In this document: positions 39,901 through 54,500 of the stretch, piece by piece
How the letters are laid out: each line of letters starts with the position of its first letter
How positions within the stretch are numbered: the stretch's first letter is position 1
Assembly (NCBI RefSeq): GCF_018350175.1
Contig: NC_058373.1
Span: 112,904,001 to 112,968,000 of the forward strand
DNA from: Felis catus
Taxonomy: Eukaryota
DNA: 64,000 nucleotides
Direction: 5' to 3'
Program-made: the position numbers and the translations under genes
The notes under the pieces: generated by a model
The model's input: only the letters and a program-made list of their open reading frames with translations
Told to the model about the DNA's origin: nothing
Databases searched by the model: none

Positions 39901-41064
39901 AATATATTCTGCATTTTATTATAGCGTTGTGATCTACAGCATTGTGAAAATACAAATTAGAAAGTACAAGACAACCTATAGTCAGTCTGGTCTTTCCAGT
40001 CATGGATAGAGAATAGCAAGCAAATTTAGAGGGAAGAAATTTGATACTGAGGAAAAGAAACTAATTTCTTATTAGAGATGCAATAAAAACAAATTTTAGA
40101 CATCTACAGTTCTTTGGAATGGAGGAAAAACAAGAACTAATGAACCACAGTATTGCAGATGAGTAACTGGAAATTTTTTCATGTTAGGAAGGAAGTGAGA
40201 AATGGGAAAATTCTGTGCTACACATGGAAAATATACAAATAAAATATACTTTATCCACTTGGCTCCTGTAGTAAAAACTTAAAGGCACTTTCTAACTGGT
40301 GATAACAAGGGACATTAAATACCCTGTAGGGTATACATAGCAAAGCAAACAACAAAAATTAGGCTACTAGTGAATAAGGTCCCAAATGATGATGGTGAAT
40401 AAAGCCAAGTAGTAAACAAGGAAAATTTGATATTGATATCTGATATTTCCCGAGTTGAAAATAAAATGATCTATGTTTTAAATCTTTTATATTTTCAGTT
40501 AAAGAACATAAGATTAATCACTAGAAGTTAAATGAAAGATCATGTAAAGTATTCTTTGCCTACATTCATTCATTGAGCATCTACTATGTGCTTGGGTACA
40601 AGGTACATCCTGCTACTATTTACAAGGATGAAAGGAATAACAGCTGACACTATACTGCATCAAGGGAAATAACAAAACCGTACAAGGAATTATAAGATTT
40701 AATATGGTTGATATTTGATAATATATGTGATAAATGTGATAAATGCTATAATTCAGATTTAAAGAATTGGAGGAGTTCAAATGAGAACCTCATACAAGGT
40801 TAACATTTCAAGGGGCAGGGTGGCATTTTGGTGGATCTTGAAGGAAGGGTAGAATTTTGATGATGATGATGCAAGAGGAAAGGTATTGCAGAAATAGAAT
40901 TATGGACAATTGATAATAATCATTTTTATTATAGAATGGAAGTTCCACGGGGCAAAGATTTTTGTTTATTTTGTTCACTGGTATTATCCCCAGGTCCTTA
41001 GAAGAGTTCCTGACATATATACACATGTGTAAATATCAGTAAATATTTGTTCAGTGAAACACGT

Positions 41065-41317
41065 AATACAGAACTTACTATATGCCAGGCAAAATTTCTA
41101 AGCACTTTCCATATGTTTAATTTTCACAACAACAGAATTAGTGTTATTATTTATTATTTCTATTTATAGATGAGGAAACTGAGGCACAAAGAAGTTAAGA
41201 AACTTGTCCAAGGTCACATAACTAGTTAGAGAAAGAGCTAGGATTTGAACTTAGCAATCTACCTTCAGAGTCCATACTCTCTCTTTTTTTTTCTTTTTCT
41301 TTTTCTTTTTCTTTTTC

Positions 41318-41388
<71 letters not shown>

Positions 41389-41530
41389 CTTAAGCAGGCT
41401 CCACGCCCAGCCTGGAACTCGTTGCTGGGCTCCATCTCACACCCTGGGATCGTGACCAGAGCCAAAATCAAGAATTTAACACTTAACCAACTGAGCCACC
41501 CAGGTGTCCCCAGAGTCCATACTCTTAAAC
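41065..41530 (-). mobile_element. MIR interrupted by an antisense Can-SINE (41281-41510)
   Basis: MIR core gatgaggaaactgaggcaca. SINE TSD cagagtccatactct at 41266-41280 and 41511-41525. Confidence 0.88.
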
Positions 41531-41579
41531 ACCAAGTTACAGAAACAAAATTGATACATTTGTAAGACCAAAAAAGTAC

Positions 41580-42720
41580 ATGTTTGAGGCCAAACTATGA
41601 AGTTCTTGAAAACCAGGTTAGGGAATCTAGATCTATTCTAGAGATAATCAAACTGTTAGAGACTCCTGATCAGGGAAGTGTTCGGATCAGAACTGTCTTT
41701 TTAGGGAAAATGGCCTGGCAGCATTGAGGAGGACAGATTGGATTGAGGAGAAACTGGAATGAGACACCAGTTAAGAAGTGATCTGGTGGTGAGGGGTGAT
41801 GACAGCCTTAACCTTAGTGGTGGAAGTGATGGTGATGGGGAGATCACAACAGATCAATGTACCTCTGAACATAAAGAATGGAAAGAATTTTGTTACTGAT
41901 TTCAAGTTTTGGAAGGGAAGTTAGTAGGAGTAAGAGATGAATCAAAGTCCTACATCTTGGCTGAGAAAATGTTAAACCATTAGCAAAAAGAAAAAGAATT
42001 TTTGGGAGGAGATGATGAGTTTGGATATGTATTTGAGATGGTAGAGGAATACTAAGGTAGATATGTCCTGTTGGCATTTGAAAGCATAGGTTAGGAGTTC
42101 ACAAAAGAGATACTGTCTGGGTGTAATCTTGGGGATCGTTCACATGGCAGTGGTATTTCAAACATAAGGGTGGTTGGGAAAGTTTAACAGAAGAGGAGAG
42201 GGCCTTGAGGAGCTCCTTAGTTTAAAGAGTTGGACGGAAAAGACCATGAATGGAATGAAAAAAAGAGCAGTTTGCTGAAGAGGAGGAACCAAGTAGTGCA
42301 GTATCCCAAAATCCAAGGAGAGTTTCAAGAAGGAAGGATAATCAACTGTCAAAAACAAAAATGTCAAGCATGAAGGCTCAAAAAGATTTGCTGATTAGGC
42401 AATCATTTGTGAGCTGCAAGAGTGCAATTTGAATAGTGGGTTGAGGACAAAATCCAGATTGCAAAATAGGCACTGTGAATATGAATTATTTGGAACTTGT
42501 ACATGAGAAAAGATAGATACTTGGATGGTAGTTTGAACTGATAACAAGGCGGAAGAAAGATTCTTGTTTGTGAGTTTTGAGAAAGGAGGAAAACAATAGT
42601 GAGCATATTAAAAATGCAAAAGTAAGGTTCCAGATGGAGAAAGAAGAGGAAGAAAGGGCTGGATTTAAGGATGCTTGGGGTCCAATTAACCTGGAGCAGA
42701 AATGGAACATTTTTCCCTTC
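41580..42720 (+). mobile_element. L2 LINE remnant
   Basis: Purine-rich L2-like tract (gatgatgagtttggatatgt...gagagtttcaagaaggaagg...tcaactgtcaaa). Confidence 0.6.
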
Positions 42721-43754
42721 TGAGTTAGAAAAGAGAAAAAAAAAAATGAGTGTATTTGAAGTAGATACAAGGGAAATTTAATTTAAAATTTAAGATTCAA
42801 TGAAATGGTTCTACCTGGCACAGTGGGAATCAATGTCATTTAATCTATTTGCATTTATTTGATCTAAGTTACTTTAGAATTACACATGTATGATGTGTTA
42901 CCCTTTTTTGTCTTAGTTGATACTTAAATAAAAGACTATAGATGATGTCTTCAGATTCTTGCTTATAACTATACGGAAGTCAAGCAGTTCTTTTTTAACC
43001 TACTTTTTTGGTTCTATGTTTTAGTTGTCTCAAACTATATCACACAATGAGAAAAAGAATATAAGCACATTAAGTGCACCAAGTAAATGCTATTAAGTGA
43101 TGAGTGATGCTGCATGTACAACAAGTGGATTCTTCGGATGGCTTTCATTTTTTAAATTATTTGCTAATGAGAAAACTTTGTGGATCTGACCCACAACCAA
43201 TTCCTGATCTTCGTGAAACTCTATATAATAAGGTAAGTCTTTATCATTCCCAAATATAGAAAGTGGACATTTGTGTAAGTACAGAATTCAAATCAAATAA
43301 ACTATGTATCTTGTTATACCAATGATGATGGATCTGAATTAAATAATGCATTGCATTCTAACATGCTTATAACAAGCATTAAGCTGGACTCTAACAGAGA
43401 ACTACATTGTTACAATGTTCATCAATAACTTGGCCTAGAGACAAAAGGCTAAAGAGTTGCTTGATTTTGGCCATTTTGTATGGTCAGTTACCAATATTTC
43501 TCCTGTAGTACTTTTGCAATAACTCAATAATTTATTTAACAAGGCTTTATTAAGTCCCTGCAGTGTTCCAGCCTCCATGCTTGGCACTGAGGATACAGTG
43601 ATGAGTGAGACAAAGACTCTGACATCCAAGTAGAGGAGATAGATTTTGAGAAAGAAAAAAAAAATTATTTGAAATACAGATTATGAAAAGTCTATGAAGA
43701 AAATCCAATATGTTAGAGATTAACTGGGTAGAGGCCTAAGTCATATTTGGTGGC

Positions 43755-44277
43755 TGTGTCAGGGTGCAGCCATTAATAAAAAAGGGAGAAATCACACTAT
43801 GAAACTTTAATGTAGGAATAAGTTAAATAGGTGTTAGAGACCTGGAAAAGCACAAAGAAAACGTTAAGATGTCAGAGGAATAACTACAGGAAGCAACTAT
43901 CACAACTGGGTCTGGGTGGCAGGAGGAAGAGTTTAGAGTAATCAGAATCTAGAAGCTCAGAAGTCAGAGCCTTTGGAGCTAGGACTCAACCTTTTAAGGA
44001 GTGGGCACTGCCCAGCTGCTTATTCTGAGTTGGGGGGAAAAAATGGAGGCTAGAACGGTTGCTGTTGCCAGGGCAACACTGACAGAAACAAGCAGGGACA
44101 GGAAGGACCACCAGTTCCTTCTTCCTTCCCTCTGCTTTCCAAGCTCCCTGCAGTCTAATGCAACCTCTTACTGAACCTAACAGGAAGCCAGCTGGCAAAA
44201 AACTGCAGAGTTCCAGCCCCAGCACCACAGTGCAGAATGCAATGGTAGATTTGGAGCTGAGAGACGATCACTGGTCA
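43755..44277. mobile_element. Ancient LTR (LTR78/LTR79-like) inserted in an L2 remnant
   Basis: Starts tgtgtcagggt. Distal motif cctaacaggaagccagctggcaaa...gcagagttccagccccagca...tttggagctgagagac. Recognition only. Confidence 0.55.
44064..44077. promoter_or_regulatory. RFX X-box motif GTTGCCAGGGCAAC
   Basis: One mismatch from the palindromic X-box GTTGCCATGGCAAC. Function untested. Confidence 0.45.
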
Positions 44278-46139
44278 AGTGATGGAGAAGGGTTCTCTAA
44301 ACAAGTGACTTTTGAGCTCAGATCTAAAGAATGAAAATAAGCCCCCCATGTTAATAATTAAGAGAATAGCATTTCAGAGGAAAGGGCTTAAACAATACAA
44401 CATCAGAAAGGAGTCAGAGTATGATGAGGCATGGGAGTGTGGTCTGAGATATAATTTGAGGGAACTGAGGCCAGGATGGAGCCAGATCATGCCCACAAAT
44501 ATGCAGGCTGTTGGGTGTAATACTAAATACACACACACCTTATAATGCAAATCTGCTAAGAGCATTGGGAAGCCGCTAAAGGTTTAGGTGGGAAAAAAAA
44601 AAAAAAGTCTATTATTTGCTAAATACCCATTGAATACAAGGCACCATACTTGACAAGGATTCTTGCAAACAAGGAACTCATTCTCTACCTTCTAGCCTGT
44701 TCCTCTGTCTGCATTTTGATTTCTGGTCTACCCAGTTTCCCAACCAGAAACCTCTGAGTCATTCCTTCTTCTCACTCCCCACGTCCAATTCGTCACCACA
44801 TTCTGTCAACTCTACCAATAGTTATGAAGTAACCCTCTCTTTTCTATTCTCACTGCTACTACCTCGGTCTTTCCTCTGCCCCAAGAACTGCCCTCCCCAT
44901 ATCCAGCCTTCACACTGCTGCTAGAGTGATCAATCCAGAACACAAATATCCTCAGGCTAAGACTCTTCGTTTGAAAACTACTTCAGCAGATGAGGTCCAA
45001 GAACCCAGTTAGGGCATTCAGAGCCTTCTGGAACCTAGCCCCTGCCTCCTCCAATTTCACTTTTCCCCCCTCCAACTTTATGTAACACCAGACAATTTGC
45101 AGTTACCCCTTCAAACCATGTCATTTTATGCCTCAGTGCCTTTGCACAGGATGGCTACTCTTTCAAGGCTTAGTTTGGGCATTAACTCCTCCAGGAACCC
45201 TTCCCTTAAATCTCCAAACTAGACTAAGTGCCCCTCACCTATGCTCCTACTTATCACTGAATCTCATTGGAATAGTCTGCTTATATGGCTCCTCCCCCAG
45301 TTGATGGTAAGTTCCTTGAGGGCAAAGATGTTCCTCTTTGTAACCCCAGCATGCATGGTGCCCTGTAAGTGGTAGGTACTCATTACTGAACAAACCAACA
45401 GAATTGACCTTATATAGCACTCAGCAGGGGGCCAGAGCCAGAACCTGACAGGAAAATTTCATATCCCAAGCTTAGAACATGCAACAGAGAAGAGCCCATA
45501 AAGGTATGAGTTAGTGAACACATCTCATGAAGGGACAAGGACAGAAGCTAATTGGTCATGGACCTCACTTTGACAAAGCACCTCAAATGCTGACTTGTGG
45601 CATCATCTCCAAATGAAGTTACACATATGGTTTTATATTCTATGCATGTTTTAAAAACATTAATATTTTAAAGGTAAATGTTTAAAATCTTCCATGATTA
45701 TTTCCCTCTTTTGCTATTCTTCACTTTTTAATATACCAATAGCCAAAAAAAAAAAAAAAAAAATGGAAGTGAGATAATACCAAAGACTTTCATCAGGATT
45801 AACATTGACCTGGAAAAAGAGGAGATCATATTTATTGAAAAATGTTTCCTGGCCCTGAGGCAGGAAGAACAGGAACATGGCAAGTGGTGATCATGCAATA
45901 ACTGGGCTGAATGAAGAAATAGGTGACTAGAAATCTAGTCCATAGTACTCATATGACTACAGGAAGAGTTTTCCAACCAGAAGAGGACATTCAGGATAGA
46001 AGACAGGAAAAGGAGTATCCAAAGCAAAGGTAACAGGAAGCCCTTTGAGTCTGTGCGTGGAGAGACTGCCCTTGTCTGCAGACTGAACCAGTTACATGTG
46101 GAGAGCTATCACCAGAACTGATGCCTTTTTTTTTTTTTT

Positions 46140-46272
46140 TTCAATTGGGAACTCTTTTTTTTTTTTTAATGTTTCTTTATTTTGAGATAGAGACAGCACG
46201 GTGGGGGAGGGGCAGAGAGAGATGGAGGGAGCGAATCCCAAGCAGGCTCCACATATGTGCAGAGCCCGATAT
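46140..46272 (-). mobile_element. 5'-truncated Can-SINE (antisense)
   Basis: T tail, ggggcagagagag...gaatcccaagcaggctcc, stops after gcagagcccgat. Confidence 0.8.
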
Positions 46273-47132
46273 GTCTAGAATACACCAGACGCTGGAAGCA
46301 TGAAGACACCTCTGCCCTCTAAGAATGCTACAGTCTTTTGAAGCTTTTCTTTACAGAAGCTCAAAGTGATTTAACTGTGTTGAAGTTTCAGAAAATTGGG
46401 ATGTAAGGAAATTGATGAATTATCAATTGAATGGTAAACAGTATAAAGTGTCTTCAACTTTCTCAGCATGGTATCTTTTCCATGGTGATTCTACTGCTAA
46501 GTTGATTTTTTTCTCCAAAGAAGCCTCTGTAAACTTCACAGACAACCAGAAGTACCGCTCCCCAGCTGCCAGTGGGAATGCTGGCAACACTTGATCTCAG
46601 CGGCTGATGTTCAGGGCTGCTCCTTCCCAGGGCTCTTCTCTTACTTCAGAGACTATGTCAACACATTGTGATGCAGGAGCAATAGAACAATGCCCAGAGC
46701 AGCCTGGCCTCCTCTGCTTCTTCTACTAAGTGGTTAGTTGCCTACCTGGCAGACATAAACACCTTCTGACAAAGAAATGTGAAAAGAGTTGGAAACCTGC
46801 TGTTTGGAGACTATTCTCCTACTAGACATCCAAGAGATCTCCAGAGATCTATTTCAGCCTCACATCTATGTAAGTACAATTGCAGTGCGAACCTGAGGAA
46901 GAAGGAAATGGATGGTACTTGAATGAATTCAAGTACTTCAAGGGCAAAAATGTCTATTTTCTTTCCATCTTCCCCTTTTCCTTCTAGTTTCACGTCTTAT
47001 ACTGCAACCAGAACAGCAGGAAAGCTCAGAGACTTAACTCTAGCTACTGGATTTTTCTTAAAAATAATTTCATTGAGAATTTGCGTTAAAATGAAAGCAA
47101 GTTTTCTGATTGTCTTTAAATTTTGGTTTTCT

Positions 47133-47333
47133 GGGCCGCCTGGGTAGCTCAGTCTATTAAGTGTCCCACTCTTGGTTTCAGCTCAGGTCATGATCTCACG
47201 GCTTCGTGAGTTCAAGCCCTGCGTGGGGCTCTGTGCTGACAGTACGGAGCCTGCTTGGGATTCTCTCTCTGCCCCTCCCCCACTTGCTCTGTCTCTCTCA
47301 AAATAAATAAATAAACTTTGAAATTAATTAATT
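47133..47333 (+). mobile_element. Can-SINE
   Basis: TSD aattttggttttc. Confidence 0.93.
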
Positions 47334-47813
47334 AATTTTGGTTTTCCAGACCATTACCCCAATTTTCTTTCATTGAGTGAGAATTGAATGAACTTTTGGA
47401 AAGACGGTCACTTTTCATTATTCAAATGGGAGAGAAGATCCAGAATACAGGGCTTTCCTGTTCAAAGCTGAACGATTAGCTGGGGGCCCCATGGGGAGAA
47501 TCCAGTCCACAACAGTCCAACCTTCTCAAAGGTGTGACCAGAACTGCAACATAGAATTGTGATGCAGCAATCCTAAAAGTATGTTTACTAGTGTGTTAAG
47601 AATGTTTAAAAAAAAAAACTGTCTAAGGAGATGCTATGCTTCAAAGTGCTATGAAGAACCAACCTGAAAGCACAAGTACCACAGAGAACAAGTAATGGGT
47701 AAACACTGCCATTTAAGAGCTTTTATGTAATTACAGATGAGAAATAACGCACACAGAAGAAAAGGCAAGAGAATCTTGGTGGTCAGTATAAGGGCGTTCA
47801 CTATAGAATTCTT

Positions 47814-48015
47814 TTTGTTTTGTTTTGTTTATTCTTGAGAGAGCCAGAGAGAGAGCATGAGCAGGGGAAGTGCAGAGAGGAGGGAGACAGAGGATCTGAA
47901 GCAGGCTCTGCACTGACAGCAGCGAGCCCGACTCAGGGCTTGAACTAAAGAACCATGAGATCATGACCTGAGCCGAAGTTGGGACACTCAACCGACTGTG
48001 CCACCCAGGCGCCTC
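47814..48015 (-). mobile_element. Can-SINE (antisense)
   Basis: 16-bp TSD tcactatagaattctt. Confidence 0.93.
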
Positions 48016-49455
48016 TCACTATAGAATTCTTAAAACTTTGCTATAGGTTGGAAAATTTTTTATAATAGACTACCAGTGGGAAAAGATCAAATGGGAATGG
48101 TAAATAGCAAACAATTATAGACACCCTTCCAAATTAAGTGATCAGAAAAGGCCCTGAAAACATTTCCATGTTGGCTCCCAGACTCCTGCTCCCTCCCTTT
48201 CCCAATTTCCATTAAAGTCAAACTGTCACCAGTCCACAAAATTCACAGTGACTACATTCATTCCTGGGAAAATCAAGACATTCCACCACCGCCCACAGGT
48301 GAATGTACTTCATATCCACACTATTCTTAGCCCTAATAGGGCCTTGGTCATCTTGAAACATTACCCAGAGAAGGAAGTCTGGTGATGTCATGGGAAGTCT
48401 GGAGCAAAGCTGAAGAAGTTCCATCCCTGAAATATATACAGCTCATTGCCTCTCTGTGTTTCATGTCCCCATTAAACTGCTGGCATTGGTTTCTGATTTG
48501 TAATCCAATTTAATATGGAATCTCTCTACCTTTTCTTTTTACTAAAAGTAGCCATCAACGCTTTTTCAAATGACAGTCATATTGTAATTCTCCAGAAAAA
48601 TGCAACCTTTTGTAACTATCTCCTGAATTAATCTTCATCTGGTTAAAGCCAAAAGAGAGAAAAGAGGATGTGGGGGGGGGGGGGCACTAATTAAAAGAAA
48701 TAACAAAGAATGTAAAGAATCTGCTTGTGACAGGATAAGTTAGGGTCCATCTCAAATACAATTAGATTCCTTCACGCTCTGTAACACAGTTAAAACCCTT
48801 ATACACGCTCTCCCCGTACAATACTTGCTTAATTAGATGTCGAAAACATTTATTGAGCCTAGGGAAAGGCATAAATTATCACAAAAACATAAACTGTGAT
48901 TGTGAAAATGAATACACAATCCTTGTAGAACAAGTTATAACAAAAGATTCTGTGTATATGTGAAATGAAGCCAGGTTCCCCTGATGCCCTATAGCAAGTC
49001 TGCTTTGTTTCTCTGCTCTATTTCACACATTCATTCAAAACGTATTTATTGTAATTCTATAACATATACATTCACTGGCCCTTTGATGTGATCAACCTTT
49101 TTTAATACTAAAATTTATTTTTTATTTATGAGTTTTATACTGCAGACCTTTATTGTACATGTAATGTTAATAAAGCAAGATAGTATGAACTTCCGTAAAG
49201 AATTTGCATAAATAAGCCTTGCTTTATTTTTAAAATATTTATGTAGAATCTACAAATGGTGTACTCATTAATATGAGTAACACTGTTGCAGATTTCACTT
49301 GCAACATCTCTCTGCTCAGATTTCTCATCATAATGATTGTGGTCATATCATTCTCTAAACTGCAGTGGTCACAGGGCAATGCAAGAGAAGCATAAATGCA
49401 TAGGAATTTATGCTTCGTTATCTACATTTATCCTTATTAAAAATGTATCCATGGA

Positions 49456-49673
49456 GGGGCACCTCGGTGGCTCAGTCGGTTAAGCATCCGCCTTCAACTC
49501 AGGTCATGATCTCACAGTTTGAGAGTTTGAGCCCCGCGTCAAGCTCTGTGCTGACAGCTCAGAGCCTGGAGCCTGCTTTGGATTCTCTGTCTCCTTCTCT
49601 CTCTGCCCCTCCCCCACTTGTGCTCTGTCTCTCTCTCTCAAAAACAAATAAATGTAAAACTTTCTGAGGGGAA
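49456..49673 (+). mobile_element. Can-SINE
   Basis: 17-bp TSD aaaaatgtatccatgga. Confidence 0.93.
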
Positions 49674-50371
49674 AAAAATGTATCCATGGAAATGATGGAA
49701 ATGTTCTAAAGTGAGATTATGGTGATGGCTGTACAATTCTGTAAATACACTAAAAATCATTGAAATAAGTGAAGTTGATACTATGTAAATTATATCTCAA
49801 TATCTCAATAAAGCTATATTAGAAACTGATCCATAAGTAAAATTATTAAGAAAACAAAAATATCTGGAAAAGTCCAGCCCACACAAATTAGAATTATTTT
49901 GAATCATCGTAATTAATAACAATATCTCAGTAAGGGTTGCTAATTGGATAAGAGGGCTGGAGGCTATGAGCTATCAGGCTGTTCTGGTCTTCCCACAGGA
50001 AAGCACAGCAGAGCACAGGGAACTTATCAGAGTGAGGGCCATGAATTATCTACTGCTTTTTAAAAGAAACTCATTTCTCAAGCATCAGCTTAGCCACTGG
50101 GCGCAATTAATTTTGGTACATCTTACAGAAGATTGTGATGTTCCAAATAGGTCCACACCATGATTGGTAACTCCTGCTTTTAAAATATTTAATGTTATAG
50201 GAAAATATTAATATGTATTATATGTAACACACAATGTATATATCTAACATACAACATTGTGTATTTTACATATTATATAAATATATATTTATAAAACTAA
50301 AAAGATATATATACCAAAACTTTAGTACTATCTCCAGATATTGAGAGTAAACCTACTAAATAGGGTCTTCT

Positions 50372-50575
50372 TTAAATTTTTTGAATGTCTATTTATTTTT
50401 AAGAGAGAGACAGAGTGTGAACAGGGCAGAGAAAGAGGGAGACACAAAATCCAAAGCAGGCTCCAAGCTCTGAGCTGTCAGCATAGAGCCCGACACAGGG
50501 CTTGAACTCGCGATCATGAGATCATGACCTGAGCTGAAGTCGGACACTTAACTGACAGAGTCACCTAAGCGCCCC
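50372..50575 (-). mobile_element. Can-SINE (antisense)
   Basis: Full antisense body ending cacctaagcgcccc. Confidence 0.92.
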
Positions 50576-51564
50576 TAAATAGTTAATTTAACAGTTGATG
50601 ATTATGCTTTGGGATCTTTGACAAAATGTGTGGTGGTGTGTGTGTTTAGCCAAAATTGGTTTCATAAAACAATTCATATGTCTCAAGAACAGTGCAGTCT
50701 CAGCTCATTACCAGGATAATGGGAGAGGTGTGGGAAGGGTTTGTGGTGGACAGATTGGTAATCTCGAATGACAGTTACAACAAAACCAGTTAAAATTCAC
50801 ACATTTTTACCATCTATACACATGATCCAAAAGTGTCAAAACAATTCTGGAATAAATGTTTAGAAACGAACACCACACAGGTGAAGATAAAAGATTCTGT
50901 TCCATTTTCAGCTCCTTAGCTGATCTCCTCTTTGTTCCAGAGTTCAAAAGGGATGAGAAGGGCAAGGCCCAGTGTGGCTGCAAATTCACTGCAAATTTCT
51001 TCTCTGTGGCCCTAATTTCACAATTACACTTGCACCCTCAGGAGATTGTCCACTGACTGCTCTCTGGAGGGACTGTTCTTGCATCAAAGGGATCCTGGGG
51101 ACCACATAAATGACTGCTGGAAGGGGCATTCCCTAGTCCTAGTGACCACAGAGAATCCACAGATTATCATGAATTTGCTAACAGTAGACATTGCAGGTTG
51201 TCACTTTTCTTAGAGTGATTTTTTTTTTTTAATGTGCACTTTGTCACTCACTTCTGGATGAGCCAAAGTTGACTACTGCATTTCATCAGATCTAAGATCC
51301 ATCAATTATTATATCCATTATGTTATGGACCACTGAGAAAGAAAAAAAATGCTTCTAATTACACAATTAAATGCTTTCTCATTACTTAGAAGTTTTCCAC
51401 ACAATGTCTGTCATACTCTATTCTGTCATCCTCTGTGCATTTCTTAAAAGAGTGCTCCACTCCAGTCTCTGACAGGTCTTCTGCAAGTTTTATACTGGAA
51501 CTTTCTTGACCACATCAGAAGGTATCAACAAAATGTTTTCAGATTATCATTAGAAACACATTTT

Positions 51565-54500
51565 ATTTTTATCCAAGTATAAATTAATATACAGTGTTAC
51601 ATTTCAGGTGTACAATATAATGATTCAACAATTCTATACATTTCTCAGTGCTCATCAAGATAAGTGTATTCTTGGGATGCCTGGGTGGCTCAGTCAGTTA
51701 AGCACCTGACTTGATTTCAACTCAGGTCATGAGCTCACAGTTTGTGAAATCGAGCCCCGTGTCAGGCTCTGTGCGGACAGTTCGGAGCCTGCTCAGGATT
51801 CTCTCTCTGCCTCTCTTTCTGCACCTACCCCGCGCACACTCTCTCTCTTTCATAAATAAATAAACTTTAAAAAAAAAAAAAGAGGGACAACTGGGTGGCT
51901 CAGTTGGTTGAGTGTCCGACTTCAGCTCAGGTCATAATCTCACGGTTGGTGAGTTCGAGCCCCGCGTCAAGCTCTATGCTGACAGCTCAGAGCCTGGAGC
52001 CTGTTTCAGATTCTGTGTCTCCCTCTCTTTCTGCTCCTCCTCTGCTCGCATGCTGTCTCTCTCTCTCAAAAATAAAGATTTTTTTTAATAAAAAAAAAAG
52101 ATAAGTGTATTCTTAATCCCCATCACCTATTTCATCCATCCCCCTATTCACCTCACTCTGGCAACCACCAGGTCTCCATATTTAAGAATCTGCTTTTTTG
52201 TTTTCTTTGTCTGTTTTGCTTCTTAAATTATTCCACATATAAGCATATGGTATTTGTCTTTCTCTAGTGACTTATTTCATTTAGCATTATACCCTCTAGG
52301 TCCATCCATGTTGTTGCAAAGGGCAAGATCTCATTCTTTTTTATGCCTGAGTAATATTCTATTGTATATATACATATACATCTTTATTCATTCATCTATC
52401 ATTGGGCACTTGGGTTGCTTCCACAACTTGACTTTTGTAAATAATGCTGCAATAAACATAAAAGTGCATATGCCTTTTTGAATTACTGTTTTTGTTTTCT
52501 TTGGGTAAAAATACTCATTAGTGGAATCAAATGGTAATTCTATTTTTAATTTTTTGACGAATCTCCATACTGTTTTTCACAGTGCCTGTACCAATTTGCA
52601 TTCACACCAACAGTGCATGTGGGTTCCTTTTTCTCCATATTCTCACCAACACTTGTTATTTCTTGTCTTTTTTATTTTAGCCATTTTGACACATGTAAAG
52701 TTATATCTCCTTATAGTTTTAATTTATATTTCTCTGATGATTACTGATGTTGAGCATCTTTTCATGTGTTTGTTGGCCATCTGAATGTCTTTGGAAAAAC
52801 GTTTATTCAAGTCCTTTGCCCATTTTTAATTGGGTTTTGTGTGTGTGTGTGTGTTGAGGTGTATAAATTCTTTAAATATTTTAGGTATTAACATCTTATT
52901 GGATATATGATTTGCAAATAAATTCTTCCATTCAGCAGGTTGCCTTGTTTTGTTGATTTGGGGAGGGGAGGGAGGGGGTTGGTTTGGGTTTGGGTTTGTT
53001 TTTATTTTTGTTTTTGTTTGTTTGTTTGTTTGTTTTTTGCTTTTTGTTTTGGTGTAGTCCTGATAGTTTAACTTTGCTTTTGTTTCCCTTGCCAGAGGAG
53101 ACATACTGGAAAAATATTTCTACAGCTGATGTCAAAGAAATTACTTCCTATTTTTTAAAGTAATTTTATAGTTTCAGGTTCACATTTAGGTTTTTAATCT
53201 ATTTTGAGTTTATTTTTGTATATGGCATAAAGATGTAGTCCAAATTCATTCTTTTACATGTAGTATCCAGTTTTCCTCATCCCATTTGTTAAAGAGACTA
53301 TCTTTTTCCCACTGTGTATTGTAGATTAATTGACCATAAAAGTGTGGGTTTATTTCTGGACTCTCAGTTCTGTTTCATTGATCTATGTGTCTATTTTTGT
53401 GCCAGTACCATACTATTTCAATTACTACTAGCTTTGCAGTGTATTTTGAAATCCGGGATGTATTGCCTCCAGCTTTGTTCTTTTTCAACGTTGTTTTGGC
53501 TATTTGGGGTCTTTTGTGCTTCCACACAAATTTTAGGATTATTCCGGTTCTGTGAAAAATATTGGTATCTTGATAGGGATTGCATTAAATATGTAGATTG
53601 CTTTGGACATTGTGGACATTTTATCAATATTCATTCTTCCAATCCATGAGTGGGGAATGCCTTTCCATTTGATTGTGTCATCTTCAGTTTCTTTCATCCA
53701 TTTTATACTTTTCAGAGAACAAATCTTTCACCTTTTGGGTTAAGTTTACCTCAGTATTTTATTCTTTTTGGTGCAATTATAAATGGGATTGTTCTCTTAA
53801 ATTCTTTCTGTTACTTCATTATTAGCGTATAGAAATGCAACAGACTTCTGTCTGTACCCTTCAACTTTAGTGAATTCATTTATCAGGTCTGGTAGTTTTT
53901 GGAGTTTTGGAGTAGTTTTTGGAGTCTTTGGAGTTTTGTATTTATAGTCTCATGTCATCTGCAAGTAGTGAAAATTTTACTTCTTCCTTACCAATGTGGA
54001 TGCTTTTTATTTCTTTTTCTTGTCTGATTGCTGTGGGAAGGACTTTCAGTATTATATTGAATAAAAGTGGTAACAGTGGACATCCTTGTCTTGTTCCTGA
54101 TCTTAGAGGAAAAGCTCTCAGTTTTTCACCATTAATTATGAAATTAACTGGGGTTCTTCATATATCACCTTCATTATGCTGAGGTATGTTCCTTCTAAAC
54201 GTACTTTGTTGAGGGTTTTTATCATGAATGGATGCTGTACTTTGTCAAATGCTATTTCTGCATCTTTTGAAATGATCATATGGTTTTTATCCTTTCTCTT
54301 ACTGATGTGATGTATCACACTGATTGATTTGTGAATATCGAACAACACTTACATCCCGGGAATAAACACCACTTGATCATGGTGAATAATTTTAGTGTAT
54401 TGTTGGATTTGGTTTACTAATATTTTGTTAAGGATTTTTGTATCTATGTTCATCTGAGGTATTGGCCTGTAGCTTTATTATTTTTTGTAGTATCTTTGGT

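Noticed and set aside
41245..41565. Lys/Arg-rich (protamine-like) and Phe/Leu-rich ORFs
   Set aside because: Translation of the (TTTC)n/(GA)n tail of an antisense SINE.
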